In this document: one piece after another, positions 18,403-29,436 of the stretch
Layout of the letters: each line of letters opens with the position of its first letter
Position numbering within the stretch: the stretch's first letter is position 1
Source of the DNA: an uncultured Actinomycetota bacterium
GTDB lineage: Bacteria > Actinomycetota > Actinomycetes > Prado026
NCBI GenBank assembly: GCA_963819215.1
Contig: CAWFVK010000001.1
Location: 181,229-245,228, forward strand
Reading direction: 5' to 3'
Length of the DNA: 64,000 nucleotides
Made by a program: the position numbers and the translations under genes
Notes under the pieces: generated by a model
The model's database searches: none
Seen by the model: only the letters and a program-made list of their open reading frames with translations
Told to the model about the DNA's origin: nothing

Positions 18403-19350
18403 GTGGCGACCGTTCAGTTCGGCATCTTCGCGGTAGGGACCTCGGCGCACTGCTTCCTCGAGCTGTCGCTGCGCCCGGAGGCGTCGCCGCTCGACCTCCT
18501 GCGGTTGGCGGCCGGACCCGACGAACCGCACACGACGGTCGGCGGCGTGAACATCGTCGTCGGGGTGCGCCCGTCGCTGTGGGCAGAGCTCAGCCCCGAC
18601 CAGGTCCCGGCCGGCGCCGCTGACTTCGCGGAGCGCATCGTCGGGCCCGACGGCTTCACCATGCCGGCCACCCAGCGCGACCTGTGGGTGTGGGTCAGCG
18701 GTGCGGCGCCGGACCTCGTCTTCGACGTCGCGATGAGCCGGCTCGAGGCTGTGCGGCCGGCGGCGACCCTCGCGAGCGAGGTGACCGGCTGGTCGTACCG
18801 CCACAGCCGCGACCTCACCGGCTTCGAGGACGGCACCGAGAACCCCTCGCTCGACGAGGCCGTCGATCTCGTCGGCGTCCCCGCGGGCTGGCCGGGTGAG
18901 GGCTCCACGGTGGTCCTGGTCCAGCAGTGGGTGCATCTCAGCGCGGAGTGGAACGCCCTGCCGGTGGAGACGCAGGAGAACGTGATGGGCCGGACCAAGG
19001 CGGACGAGCATCGAGCTCGACGACGACGGTGAAGCCGCGGGACTCGCACGTCGCCCGCACGGTGATCGAGGTCGACGGCGAGGAGCAGCACGTCGTTCCG
19101 TCGCAACGTCCCCTACGGCACGGTGAGCAACCACGGCACGCAGTTCGTCGGCTTCTCCTTCGAGCAGCAGCGGCTCGACCGGATGCTCCGGCGGATGGCT
19201 GGCGCGGAGGACGGCATCCGCGACGCGCTCACCCGGTACACGACACCACTCACCGGTGCCTACTACGTCGTGCCGTCGGTCGAGGCGCTGCGCGCGATCG
19301 CCGATGAACAGGCGGAAGCGCCGGCCGATGGCGCCGTCCCCCAGGCGTAA
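18403..19350 (+). CDS. Dyp-type peroxidase (frame break near 19030-19120)
   Basis: The first frame reads QFGIFAVGTSAHCFLEL...HSRDLTGFEDGTENP. The continuation reads ...NVPYGTVSNHGTQFVGFSFEQQRLDRMLRRM in a different frame (the 19123 ORF). Confidence 0.7.
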
Positions 19351-19457
19351 GGACTGGCTAAGAACTTCGCACGTAACGAACAGAGCTGACGCCCGCTCTC
19401 GACGGGTGTCGCTCCAGCAGGGGCGACCGAGAAGCCCTAGCCCCCTCGGAGGCCCTC

Positions 19458-20654
19458 ATGTCGTCCACCCGTCCCACGCCAGCCCTTCGCCGCGCCGCAG
19501 CCGTCGCACTGTCGGCCGGACTCGTCACCGCCGGCTCCCTGGCCGCAGCGTCCTCTGCCTCGGCAGCCACCGGCACGGTCGGTTCAGCAAGCTCCAGCAG
19601 CGCGCACACGGGCGCCGGGCATGCCGTCTTCGTGCTCAGCGACGACACCGCCGGCAACAGCGTGATCGCCTTCTCCCGTGCCGCCGGCGGCACCCTCATC
19701 CGCCAGCGCACCTTCACCACCGGCGGCCTGGGTGCACGCATCACCGGTGCGGCCGTCGACCCCCTCGCCTCGCAGTCGGGACTCACCTACGACCAGGCGC
19801 ACGGCCTGCTGTACGCGGTGAACGCGGGGAGCAACAGCCTGTCCGTCTTCGCAGTCCGCGGCACCTTCCTGAAGCTCCTGCAGGTGGTGCCCTCCGGAGG
19901 CTCGCTCCCGGTGTCCGTCTCGGTCCAAGGTGACCTCGTCTACGTCGTGAACGCTGGCGACGCCGGCTCCGTCGCAGGCTTCCGGATCGTGGGCCGCCAC
20001 CTGCGTCCCATCGATCGCTCCGTCCGCAGCCTGGGCCTGCCGAACGTCGGCAACCCGAACTTCCTGCAGACGCCCGCGCAGGTGGCGATCACCCCGGACG
20101 CCAAGCACCTGCTGGTGACCACGAAGAAGAACGCGACCGTACTGGTGTGGACCCTCGACCGGTTCGGTCGCCCGTCCGCCAACCCCACGGTCAACACCGT
20201 CGGCGGGGTGCCCTTCGCGATCGCCTTCGACAGCCGCGGCACCATCCTGCTCGCCAACGCGGCAGGCACGCTGGGCAGCTATGCCATCGGCCACGACGGC
20301 GTCCTCACCACCGTCTCCGCGCCGGTGGCAGACTCGCAGGCGGCGACCTGCTGGTTGACGACGGCTGGCCGCTACGCCTACACCGCCAACGCAGGGAGCG
20401 GGACCATCAGCAGCTTCACCGTCGGCGCGGACGGCGCTATCAGCCTGCTCGCCGCGGGCGGGGTGGCCGCGACGACGGGGCCAGGACCGATCGACCTGGT
20501 CGCGGACGGCGGCACCCTGTACGTGGAGAACGGTGGCGACGGCAGCCTCTCGAGCTTCGGGGTCGGCGCGGACGGCTCGCTCGCGCCTGAGCACACCGTC
20601 ACCGGACTCACCGCGCCCACCGGGACCGGCGTCGAGGGCATCGTTGCCTTCTGA
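19458..20654 (+). CDS. secreted lactonase-family beta-propeller protein (6-phosphogluconolactonase-like, LVIVD-repeat type)
   Basis: The N-terminus is a signal peptide (AAAVALSAGLVTAGSLAAASSASA). Seven-bladed propeller-like repeats follow, with YAVNAGSNSLSVF and GSYAIGHDGVL motifs. Confidence 0.65.
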   Translation: MSSTRPTPALRRAAAVALSAGLVTAGSLAAASSASAATGTVGSASSSSAHTGAGHAVFVLSDDTAGNSVIAFSRAAGGTLIRQRTFTTGGLGARITGAAVDPLASQSGLTYDQAHGLLYAVNAGSNSLSVFAVRGTFLKLLQVVPSGGSLPVSVSVQGDLVYVVNAGDAGSVAGFRIVGRHLRPIDRSVRSLGLPNVGNPNFLQTPAQVAITPDAKHLLVTTKKNATVLVWTLDRFGRPSANPTVNTVGGVPFAIAFDSRGTILLANAAGTLGSYAIGHDGVLTTVSAPVADSQAATCWLTTAGRYAYTANAGSGTISSFTVGADGAISLLAAGGVAATTGPGPIDLVADGGTLYVENGGDGSLSSFGVGADGSLAPEHTVTGLTAPTGTGVEGIVAF

Positions 20655-21280
20655 CCTCACGGACGACGCGCTCGTCGCCGCTCTCACCGGTGGCGACGAG
20701 CGTGCGTTCGCCGAGCTGGTACGCGCGCTCTCGCCTGGGATGCTGCGCGTGGCTCGCGACCTACGTCGGCTCGCTCGCCGTGGCGGAGGAGGTCGTGCAG
20801 GAGAGCTGGATCGCCGTCTTCCGCAGCATCAGCACCTTCGAGGGTCGGTCCAGCCTGCGCACCTGGGTGTTCCGGATCTGCGTGCACACCTCGCTCCGCC
20901 GAGCCACCCAGGAGGGGCGGTCCCAGCCCTTCGCCGACGCGTTCGCCGAGACCGATGACGGACCGACGGTCGACCCCGGCCGCTTCCGGAGTCCCGACGC
21001 GCGCGAGGACCCCCGGGGGTGGGCGTCTGCGCCCAGCTCATGGCGCGAGCTGCCCGAGGAGCGTCTGCTTGACGCAGAGACCCGTTCCACCGTCGAGGCA
21101 GCGATCGAGGAGCTTCCCGACCTGCAACGGCTGGTGGTGGTGCTGCGCGACGTCGAGGGATACACGGCCGAGGAGGTGTGCGAGGTGCTGGAGATCCGCG
21201 AGACCTACCAACGCGTTCTGCTCCACCGGGCGCGCGCCCGCCTTCGTGCGGTCCTCGAGCAGTACCTGGAGGCGTCATGA
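20644..21280 (+). CDS. ECF (sigma-70 family) RNA polymerase sigma factor (frame break near 20760)
   Basis: Region 2 reads DDALVAALTGGDERAFAELVRALSPGMLRVA..VVQESWIAVFRSISTFEGRSSLRTWVFRI. Region 4 reads LPDLQRLVVVLRDVEGYTAEEVCEVLEIRETYQRVLLHRARARLR. Confidence 0.7.
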
Positions 21281-21543
21281 GGTGGGCGTGGCCGCGGCGA
21301 CGAGCCTCGGGACTAACCTGCCAGGAGCTCGTCGAGCTCGTCACCGACTACAGCGAGGGCGTGCTGCCCGCTGCTGACCGGGCGCGCTTCGAGGCGCACC
21401 TGAACGCCTGCGACGGCTGCACCGCTTACGTCGAGCAGCTGGCGCGCACGTTGCAGGTAGCGGGTTCGCTGGCAGCCGCGGACGTCAGCGAGACCGCTGA
21501 GGCGGCACTGCTCGCGGCGTTCCGCGCCTGGCACACGGACTGA
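21276..21543 (+). CDS. zinc-finger (ZAS-type) anti-sigma factor
   Basis: It overlaps the sigma gene stop (ATGA). The product carries ...HLNACDGC..., an H-x3-C-x2-C ZAS motif, immediately after the ECF sigma gene. Confidence 0.6.
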
Positions 21544-21551
21544 CCGCGGGG

Positions 21552-21806
21552 CTACTTCCAGCGGAAGTGCACGAAGACCCGGCCGAAGTTGTTGGAGTCC
21601 TTCTCCACCCGGTGGTACAGCGCCTTGACGTCCTTCTGATCGAGGAAGCGCAGGACGTGCTTCTTCAGCGCGCCGGAGCCCTTGCCGGGGATGATCTCGA
21701 CCAGCGGGGCCTTCTTGGCCACGGCCTCGTCGATGATCGCGCGCAGCGCGCGGTCGATGTCGCCGCCGCGGTTGTAGATGTCGTGCAGGTCGAGCTTGAG
21801 CTTCAT
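21552..21806 (-). CDS. Smr-domain protein (small MutS-related nuclease domain)
   Basis: The 84-aa product reads LDLHDIYNRGGDIDRALRAIIDEAV...LVEIIPGKGSGALKKHVLRFLDQ, the Smr signature. Confidence 0.7.
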   Translation of the reverse strand: MKLKLDLHDIYNRGGDIDRALRAIIDEAVAKKAPLVEIIPGKGSGALKKHVLRFLDQKDVKALYHRVEKDSNNFGRVFVHFRWK

Positions 21807-21862
21807 GCAGCCATCGTGCCCCAGTGAGCTGAAGGCCTTCTGCGCCTGGCAGACCGTTGATG

Positions 21863-21950
21863 TGGTGCGCGAGGGGGGAGTTGAACCCCCACACCCTTTC
21901 GGGCACTGGAACCTGAATCCAGCGCGTCTGCCTATTCCGCCACTCGCGCG
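21863..21950 (-). tRNA. tRNA-Leu (anticodon CAG)
   Basis: The minus strand reads GCGCGAGTGGCGGAATAGG...CTGGA-TTCAGGT-TCCAG...long variable arm...GGTTCAACTCCCCCCTCGCGCACCA. It has a 5-bp anticodon stem and a loop with CAG, and the 3' CCA is encoded. Confidence 0.85.
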
Positions 21951-22061
21951 AGCCCGTCGAGGCTACCACGCGAGGCGCGGCGGCCCGGGTGGCGAAGCCG
22001 CCCCGGTTACGATCCATGGCAGGCATGCCTGTGCCCGGACGACCGTCGCAAGGAGGTGCAC

Positions 22062-22754
22062 GTGGGCGTCATGGACCGCTTCGAGCGCCGCCTCGACCGG
22101 CTCGTCAACGGCGTCTTCGCGCGCGCCTTCAAGGCGGAGGTCCAGCCCGTCGAGGTCGCTGCAGCGCTGCAGCGCGAGTGCGACGACCGCGCCGCGATCG
22201 TCAGCCGCGAACGCACCATCGTGCCGAACGACTTCACCGTCGAGCTCGGCCCGCACGACGACGAGCGCCTCGGGCATGTACGCCGAGCCGCTCGGCAGCG
22301 AGCTCGCGGCGATGGTGCGCGAGCACGCCGAGGAGCAGGGCTACCAGTTCATGGGCCCGGTGAACGTCGGGCTGGAGCTCGTCGACGAGCTCGAGACCGG
22401 CGTCTTCCGGATCCGCAGCCAGGTGCTCGCCGGCAGCAGCACCTCCGCCGGTGCGGACAGAGCCTGCGCCGACCGTCGTCACGCGCCGCCGTCGAGCTCA
22501 AGGGCTCGACGCTCGCGCTGGCCCACCGGCAGACGGTGATCGGTCGCGGCGCCGAGGCCGACCTCCGCCTCGACGACCCCGGCGTCTCCCGCCGGCACGC
22601 CGAGATCGTGCTCTCCGACCCGCCGCGGATCACCGACCTCGGCTCGACGAACGGCACCTTCGTCGACGGCGAGCGGGTAGCCAGCGCCGAGCTGTACGAC
22701 GGCGCGAAGCTCGCGCTCGGCTCGGTGACGCTGGTGTTCCGGTACGGCGGCTAG
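22062..22754 (+). CDS. fhaA: FhaA (DUF3662 N-domain plus C-terminal FHA domain), frame breaks
   Basis: AAGGAGG precedes the GTG at 22062. The N-terminus reads MDRFERRLDRLVNGVFARAFKAEVQPVEVAAALQRECD. The C-terminal FHA domain reads TVIGRGAEADLRLDDPGVSRRHAEIVL...LGSTNGTFVDGERV. Confidence 0.75.
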   Translation: MGVMDRFERRLDRLVNGVFARAFKAEVQPVEVAAALQRECDDRAAIVSRERTIVPNDFTVELGPHDDERLGHVRRAARQRARGDGARARRGAGLPVHGPGERRAGARRRARDRRLPDPQPGARRQQHLRRCGQSLRRPSSRAAVELKGSTLALAHRQTVIGRGAEADLRLDDPGVSRRHAEIVLSDPPRITDLGSTNGTFVDGERVASAELYDGAKLALGSVTLVFRYGG

Positions 22755-22758
22755 GCGC

Positions 22759-23269
22759 ATGACCGACCTCACCCTTCGCATCATCCAGGTGGGCTTCCTC
22801 GCCCTGCTCTGGCTGATGGTGCTCGCGGTCGCCGCCGTCATGCGACGCGACCTGTTCGCGCGGCGCCGGACCCGGCCGCCCAAGGCACCGAAGCCCGGCA
22901 AGGCGCCGAAGCCCGTCGCCGGTGGCCGCCCGCCGACGCCGAGCCGCGCCGGTGGCCGCGGCGAAGCCGAAGCGCGGCGCGCCCAAGACGCTGATGATCA
23001 CCGCCGGCTCGCGGCAGGGCACTGCGCTCGACCTCGGTGCCGATCCGATCAGCATCGGCCGCTCGCCGGAGAACACCCTGGTCCTCGACGACGACTACGT
23101 CTCCGGACGGCACGCCCGGATCTACCCCACCGGCGGCACCTGGGTCGTCGAGGACCTCGGCTCGACCAACGGCACCTATGTCGAGCGTGCCCGGCTCACC
23201 GGCCCGATCGTGCTCGCGCCGGGCACGCCGGTGCGGATCGGCAAGACCGTCCTCGAGCTCAGGAAGTAG
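22759..23269 (+). CDS. fhaB: FhaB/FipA-like FHA-domain membrane protein (frame break near 22930)
   Basis: The N-terminal transmembrane helix reads [27 protein letters not shown]. The FHA domain reads [50 protein letters not shown]. Confidence 0.7.
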
Positions 23270-23272
23270 CGC

Positions 23273-24697
23273 CGTGAGCCTCTCCCTGGACTTCGCCGCG
23301 CGCTCGCACGTCGGGCCTCGTGCGCAAGGGCAACGAGGACTCCGGCTACGCCGGACCGCGCCTGCTCGCTGGTCGCGGACGGCATGGGCGGTCAGGCAGC
23401 CGGCGAGGTCGCGAGCGCCGCGACGGTCGAGGTCGTCCAGTACCTCGACCGGCCACCGCGACCCGGCGTCGACGCAGCAGCCGCCCTCGAGGACACCTTG
23501 CGGGACGCCGTCGCGAGGGCCGGGGACTCGCTGCGCACGCCTCATCCGGCCCGAGCCCGAGCTCGAGGGCATGGGCACCACCCTCACCGCCCTGCTGCTC
23601 GCCGGTGACCGCCTCGGGATCGCCCAGGTCGGCGACTCGCGCGCCTACCTGCTGCGCGACGGCGAGCTCAGCCGAGCTCGACCAGGGACCAGACGTTCGT
23701 GCAGTCCCTCATCGACACCGAGCGCATCAGCGTCGAGCAGGCGCGGACCCATCCGCAGCGCAACCTGCTGCTCCAGGCCCTCGACGGCAGGGTCGAGGTC
23801 GAGCCGGTCATCGAGGTGATGGAACCTCAGCTGGGCGACCGGCTGCTGGTCTGCAGCGACGGCCTGTCCAGCTACGCCAGCGACGACGCGATCCACTGCC
23901 GCGCTCGCCACCGGCACCCCCGGCGAGGCCGCCGAACGGCTGGTGGCGCTCGCCCTGGCCGCAGGTGCGCCGGACAACGTCACCTGCCTCGTCGGGGACG
24001 TCGTCGAGCGCCCCGACCTCGGCGCCACCGACGGGGTCGAGGCGACCCAGGACATCGACACGGCAGACCCGAGCGCCGACGCGTTGCCCGGGGTTCGCGT
24101 CGGAGCGGGCCCGGAGGACGCCGCCGGCCTGGTGTCCCTCGCCGCGGACTCACTCGCCGACGGACCCGGCGAGACCGAGCCAGCGCGAGCCGGCGCCGAG
24201 CCGAGACCGGCGCCGGCGAGCGACGGCGCTGCTCGAGACGCTCAGCCGTGGAGACCTCAGGCGCGGACGGCTCGGCGCGAGGACACGGCCGCGCACCGTG
24301 CAGCCGGCCGGCGGTGGCTGCGGCTCGGCATCGTCGTCGTGGTGCTGCTGGTGATCGTCGGCGGCGCCTTCGGTGCGTACCGCTGGACCCAGACCCAGTA
24401 CTACGTCGGCACCTCCGACGGCCAGGTCGTCATCTACCAGGGCGTGCCGCACGACCGTCGCTGGCCGCCAGCTCTCGCACGTCGTGGAGACCACGCAGCA
24501 TCATCGCCGACGGGCTGCCGACGTTCGCGCGGGTCCAGCTGCGCGCGACCGATCGGCGCGAGCTCGCTGACGGCGCCCGCAAGATCGTGGCGAGCCTGGA
24601 GGACCAGCTCGAGTCCTGCCAGGACGAACCCCCGCCCTCGGGCTGCCCCGGCGCGCTGGACACGCCCGAGCCCGACGCCAGTCCGAGCGCGTCATGA
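23273..24697 (+). CDS. pstP: PP2C-family Ser/Thr phosphatase PstP with C-terminal TM and extracellular domain (multiple frame breaks)
   Basis: The GTG at 23273 gives [44 protein letters not shown]. Later segments read [49 protein letters not shown] and [18 protein letters not shown] transmembrane helix reads [19 protein letters not shown]. Confidence 0.75.
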
Positions 24698-24705
24698 GCA
24701 GCGCC

Positions 24706-26135
24706 TCATGAGCACGGCCACCGTCCTGCCGCCGACCGCCAGCGCACCCGCGGCGCGCCGGCCGAGCGCCCGAGCCGGCTCGCCGAGCTGCTGCTGCTGG
24801 TGCCCGCCCTGGTCATCGGGCTCGGTGCGTACGCCCAGGTCGGGTTCGCCAACTTCGGCCGGCTCCCCGCCGGCTTCGCGTGGTTCGCGGCGGCGCGGTC
24901 GCGCTGGCCCTGGCCGCGCACCTGGCCGTCCGCTGGCTCGCGCCCGTACTCGGACCAGATCCTGCTGCCGGTCGCGATCACCATCAACGGCATCGGGCTG
25001 GCCATGATCGACCGGCTGGACGTCTCGGCGGCGATCAAGGCCGGCCGCGTAGGCAAGACCGCCTCGGCCACCGCGCCGACCCAGCTGCTGTGGACCGTGC
25101 TCGGGATCGGCGCTGATGGTCGGCGTCCTCGCGCGTGGTGCGCGACCACCGCGTCCTGCAGCGCTACACCTACACGTTCCTGTTCATCGGCCTCGGGCTG
25201 CTGGTGCTCCCGCTCGTGCCCGGGCATCGGCGTCACCATCAACGGGGCACGGATCTGGATCCGGGTCGGCCGGCTTCTCGTTCCAGCCGGCCGAGATCGC
25301 GAAGATCGCGCTCATCATCTTCTTCGCCGGCTACCTGGTGGTGAAGCGCGACGCGCTGGCGGTGGCCCGCACCCAGTTCCTGGGCATCGACGTCCCTCGC
25401 GGCCGTGACCTCGGGTCCGATCGTGGTGGCCTGGCTCGTCAGCCTGGGGGTGCTCATCTTCGAGAGCGACCTCGGGACCTCGCTGCTGTTCTTCGGCCTG
25501 TTCGTCGCGCTGCTCTACGTCTCCACCGGACGGCGCGGCTGGGTCATCATCGGCACCTTCCTGTTCCTGCTCGGCTCGACGCTCGCCTACTACTCGTTCG
25601 GGCACGTCCGCGAGCGCGGTCGACGTCTGGCTGCACCCGTTCCGCGACGCGAGCGGCGCCGGGTACCAGGTCGTGCAGGCGCTGTACGGGATGGCCGACG
25701 GTGGCCTGCTCGGCAGCGGGATCGGGCGGGGCACGCCCGACCTCGTGCCGTACGCGAAGTCCGACTTCATCATCTCGACGGTCGGCGAGGAGCTCGGTGC
25801 GACCGGGCTGATGGCGCTCATCGTGATGTACGCGATCCTCGTCGAGCGCGGCCTGCGCACGGCGCTGGCCGCCAGGGACGTCTTCGGCCGGCTGCTCGCC
25901 TGCGGGCTCGCGTTCGTGCATGGCGCTGCAGGTCTTCATCGTCGTCGGCGGCGTGACCGGGCTGATCCCGCTGACCGGCCTCACCACGCCGTTCCTCGCT
26001 GCGGCGGCTCGTCCATGGTCGCCAACTGGATGGTGATCGGGCTGCTGCTGCGGATCAGCGACTCCGCGCGGCGCCCGCTGCCGCCCGTCGCGTTGCTCCG
26101 GCGACACCGCCATGACCCAGGTGATCCGGCCGTGA
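24706..26135 (+). CDS. rodA: FtsW/RodA-family SEDS protein (RodA), multiple frame breaks
   Basis: Fragments read [125 protein letters not shown] and [31 protein letters not shown]. Confidence 0.7.
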
Positions 26136-27595
26136 CGTCGTCGATCGCCAGCACCCTGCGCAAGCTGTCCATCGCGGTCGCCATCCTCTTCCTGGCGCTG
26201 CTGGTCAACGTGAACGTCGTCCAGGTCGGTCGGCAGGACAGCCTGGCGAACGGGCCCGGCAACAACCGCAGCCTGATCCGCGAGTACGCCCGCCAGCGCG
26301 GGCCCATCCTCGTCAACGGCACGGACATCGCGGTCTCGAACCTGGTGAACGGACTGCTGCGGTACCAGCGCAGCTACGCGAACGGCCCGCTGTACGCACC
26401 CGCCACCGGCTTCTACTCCCTCGTGTACGGGCGCACCGGCATCGAGCGCGCGGAGAACGACGTTCTGTCCGGGTCGGATCCGCGCTTCGCGCTGCAGCGC
26501 CTGTCGGACCTCGTTGCGGGCCGAACGGTCAAGGGCGGCAGCGTGTTCCTGACGCTCAACGCGAAGGCGCAGGCCGCCGCGATGGCCGAGATGCAGGGCA
26601 AGCAGGGCGCCGTGGTGGCCATCCAGCCCTCGACGGGAGCGATCCTCGCCCTCGTCAGCACGCCGTCGTTCGACCCCACCCCGCTCGCGAGCACCGACAC
26701 CGCAACCGAGACCAAGGCCTGGAAGACGCTGATGGCCGACCCAGCCAAGCCGATGCTCAACCGGCCGCTCGCCGAGACCTACCCGCCTGGGTCGACGTTC
26801 AAGCTCGTGACGCTGTCCGCGGCGCTCGCCAGCGGCAAGTACACCCTGGACACCCTGATCCCCGCGCCGGCGAAGATCACCTTGCCCGGCACCAACACCA
26901 CGCTGTCCAACGAGACCGGCCAGCAGTGCGGCGACGGCATGGTCACCCTGGCCTACGCGCTGGCCATCTCGTGCAACACGGCCTTCGCGAACGTCGGCAT
27001 CGCGCTCGGCGGTGCGGCCCTGCAGAAGCAGGCCGAGCTCTTCGGCTTCAACACCTCGTTCCAGATGCCCATGACCGCCGCGACGAGCGTGTTCCCTACC
27101 AACCTCGTCAAGGCGCAGGCAGCGCAGAGCGCGATCGGGCAGTTCGACGTCCGCTCGACCGTGATGCAGATGGCGATGGTGGCAGCCGGGATCGCGAACC
27201 AGGGTGTCGTCAACTACCCGTACCTGGTCAAGCAGACCCTCGGTCCTGACCTCTCCGTGCTCGACAGCGCCCAGGTCAAGGCGTTCAACACGGCCACGAC
27301 GTCCCAGGTCGCGCAGATGGTCACCGACATGATGGTCGGCGTCGTGACGAACGGCACAGGAACCAACGCCCAGATCCCCGGCGTCAAAGTCGCTGGGAAG
27401 ACCGGGACGGCGCAGACCGGCAACGGCCGTCCCCCGGACGCCTGGTTCGTCTCCTTCGCGCCCGCCGACAGCGCGCAGGTGGCGGTCGCCGTGGTCGTCG
27501 AGGGCGCGAAGAACGACGGCGAGATCTCCGGCGGACGGCTCGCCGCGCCGGTGGCGAAGGCGGTCATGCAGGCCGTCCTCAGCGGGACAGGGTAA
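26132..27595 (+). CDS. pbpA: class B penicillin-binding protein (PbpA transpeptidase)
   Basis: The GTG at 26132 gives [37 protein letters not shown]. The transpeptidase motifs STFK (GSTFKLVT), SCN (ISCNTAF) and KTGT (AGKTGTAQT) are present. Confidence 0.8.
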   Translation: MTSSIASTLRKLSIAVAILFLALLVNVNVVQVGRQDSLANGPGNNRSLIREYARQRGPILVNGTDIAVSNLVNGLLRYQRSYANGPLYAPATGFYSLVYGRTGIERAENDVLSGSDPRFALQRLSDLVAGRTVKGGSVFLTLNAKAQAAAMAEMQGKQGAVVAIQPSTGAILALVSTPSFDPTPLASTDTATETKAWKTLMADPAKPMLNRPLAETYPPGSTFKLVTLSAALASGKYTLDTLIPAPAKITLPGTNTTLSNETGQQCGDGMVTLAYALAISCNTAFANVGIALGGAALQKQAELFGFNTSFQMPMTAATSVFPTNLVKAQAAQSAIGQFDVRSTVMQMAMVAAGIANQGVVNYPYLVKQTLGPDLSVLDSAQVKAFNTATTSQVAQMVTDMMVGVVTNGTGTNAQIPGVKVAGKTGTAQTGNGRPPDAWFVSFAPADSAQVAVAVVVEGAKNDGEISGGRLAAPVAKAVMQAVLSGTG

Positions 27596-27656
27596 TTAGT
27601 GGTGGGCAAGGCGTTACGAGAAGATGTCGGGTGACCAGTGGGCGGAGGCAGGTTTC

Positions 27657-29429
27657 ATGAGCGAGCTCCAGCAGCTCGGTGACAGGTACGAGATCGGCGA
27701 GGTGATCGGCCGTGGTGGCATGGCCGAGGTCCACGCCGGCCGCGACCTGCGTCTCGGCCGGCGGGTCGCGGTCAAGCTCCTGCGCTCCGACCTCGCCAGG
27801 GACCCGTCGTTCCACGCGCGCTTCCAGCGTGAGGCCCAGGCGTCGGCCTCGCTGAACCACCCGAACATCGTCGCCGTGTACGACACCGGCGGACGCCGAG
27901 ATCGCCGGCGCCAAGGTGCCGTACATCGTCATGGAGTACGTCGACGGCACCACGCTGCGCGACATGATCAAGTCGGGGCACCGGTTCCTGCCCGAGCGCG
28001 CGCTCGAGATCGCCGACGGCACGCTGGCCGCCCTCGACTACTCGCACAAGCACGGCATCATCCACCGGGACATCAAGCCGGGGAACGTGATGCTCACGCC
28101 GCTCGGGCCAGGTCAAGGTCATGGACTTCGGCATCGCCCGGGCCATCGCCGACAGCTCGGCGACGATGACCCAGACCGCAGCGGTGCTCGGCACGGCGCA
28201 GTACCTCTCGCCCGAGCAGGCCCGCGGCGAGGTCGTCGACGCCCGCAGCGACGTCTACTCCGCCGGCTGCATGCTCTACGAGCTGCTGACCGGGCCGCCG
28301 CCGTTCATCGGGCGACTCCCCGGTGTCGGTGGCCTACCAGCACGTCCGGGAGACCGCCCCGCCGCCGTCCCGGGTCGACCCCGACGTCCCGCCGGCGTGC
28401 GACGCGATCGTGATGCGGGCGCTGGCCAAGAGCCCGGACAACCGTTACCAGTCCGCCGGCGACATGCGGGCGGACATCGACCGCGCGATGGCGGGCGAGC
28501 CCCTCGGCATCGCCAGCGCCGCGGCCCTGAGCATGGTGGGAGGCGCTGCGCTCGGCGAGGCCCTCGGGTCGGACGCCGCCAGCACCCAGGTCATCCCGCC
28601 GGTGCCGCCCGCACCGACGACGGTGACGCCGATCCCGGTCGAGCCCCCGGGCAAGTCGCACACCGGCTGGTACATCGGGCTCGCGATCCTCGTCATCGCT
28701 GCCCTGGGGCTGACGTTCTTCCTGGGTCGTGGGCTGTTCTCGTCCGGCAACATGGTCAGCGTCCCCGACCTCACCGGCCTCACCAAGCAGGTCGCCACCT
28801 CGACGCTGGCCGACCGCCACCTCAGCGTCGGCACCACCCGGGTCGAGACCAGCACGCAGCCCATCGACGTCGTGCTCAGCACCAACCCGGCCGCGAACGC
28901 GCAGGTCGCGGAGAACACCCCCGTCGACCTCGTCGTCTCCGGCGGCCCGGGCAACGTGGCGGTGCCGACGCTCGTCGGTCTCACCCAGGCGCAAGCGCTC
29001 AGCGCGCTCACCACCGCCGGCCTCACCCTGGCCAACCCGATCAACCAGGTCAACAGCCCGCAGCCAGCGGGGACGGTGCTCGACTCCAGCCCGAAGTCCG
29101 GAACCAACGTGGTCAAGGGCTCGGCGGTCGCGCTCACCATCTCGAACGGCAAGTCGGGCGTGCCGAACGTCGTCGGCGAGACCTCCGTCCAGGCCCAGGC
29201 CGACCTCACCAACGCGGGCTTCTCGCCGCAGGTCATCCTCGTGACGACGACGGCGGCCCCGGACGGTCAGGTGATCTCGCAGAACCCGGCGGCCGGCACC
29301 GCGCTCGCCCAGGGCAAGATCGTGACGATCACGGTGGCCAAGGCACCGCAGCCCACCTCACCACCACCGAGTACCTCGCCCACCCCGACGCCGACCCCGA
29401 CGCCCACGCCGTCGGCGACCAAGACCTGA
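27657..29429 (+). CDS. pknB: Ser/Thr protein kinase PknB with TM and four PASTA domains (at least three frame breaks)
   Basis: GGAGGCAGG precedes the ATG at 27657. The kinase domain reads [71 protein letters not shown] and [11 protein letters not shown]. Further kinase motifs read DFGIARA and [13 protein letters not shown]. Four PASTA repeats read VPDLTGLT..., [12 protein letters not shown]..., VPNVVGE.... A Thr/Pro-rich tail follows. Confidence 0.8.
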
Positions 29430-29436
29430 GCCGCTG

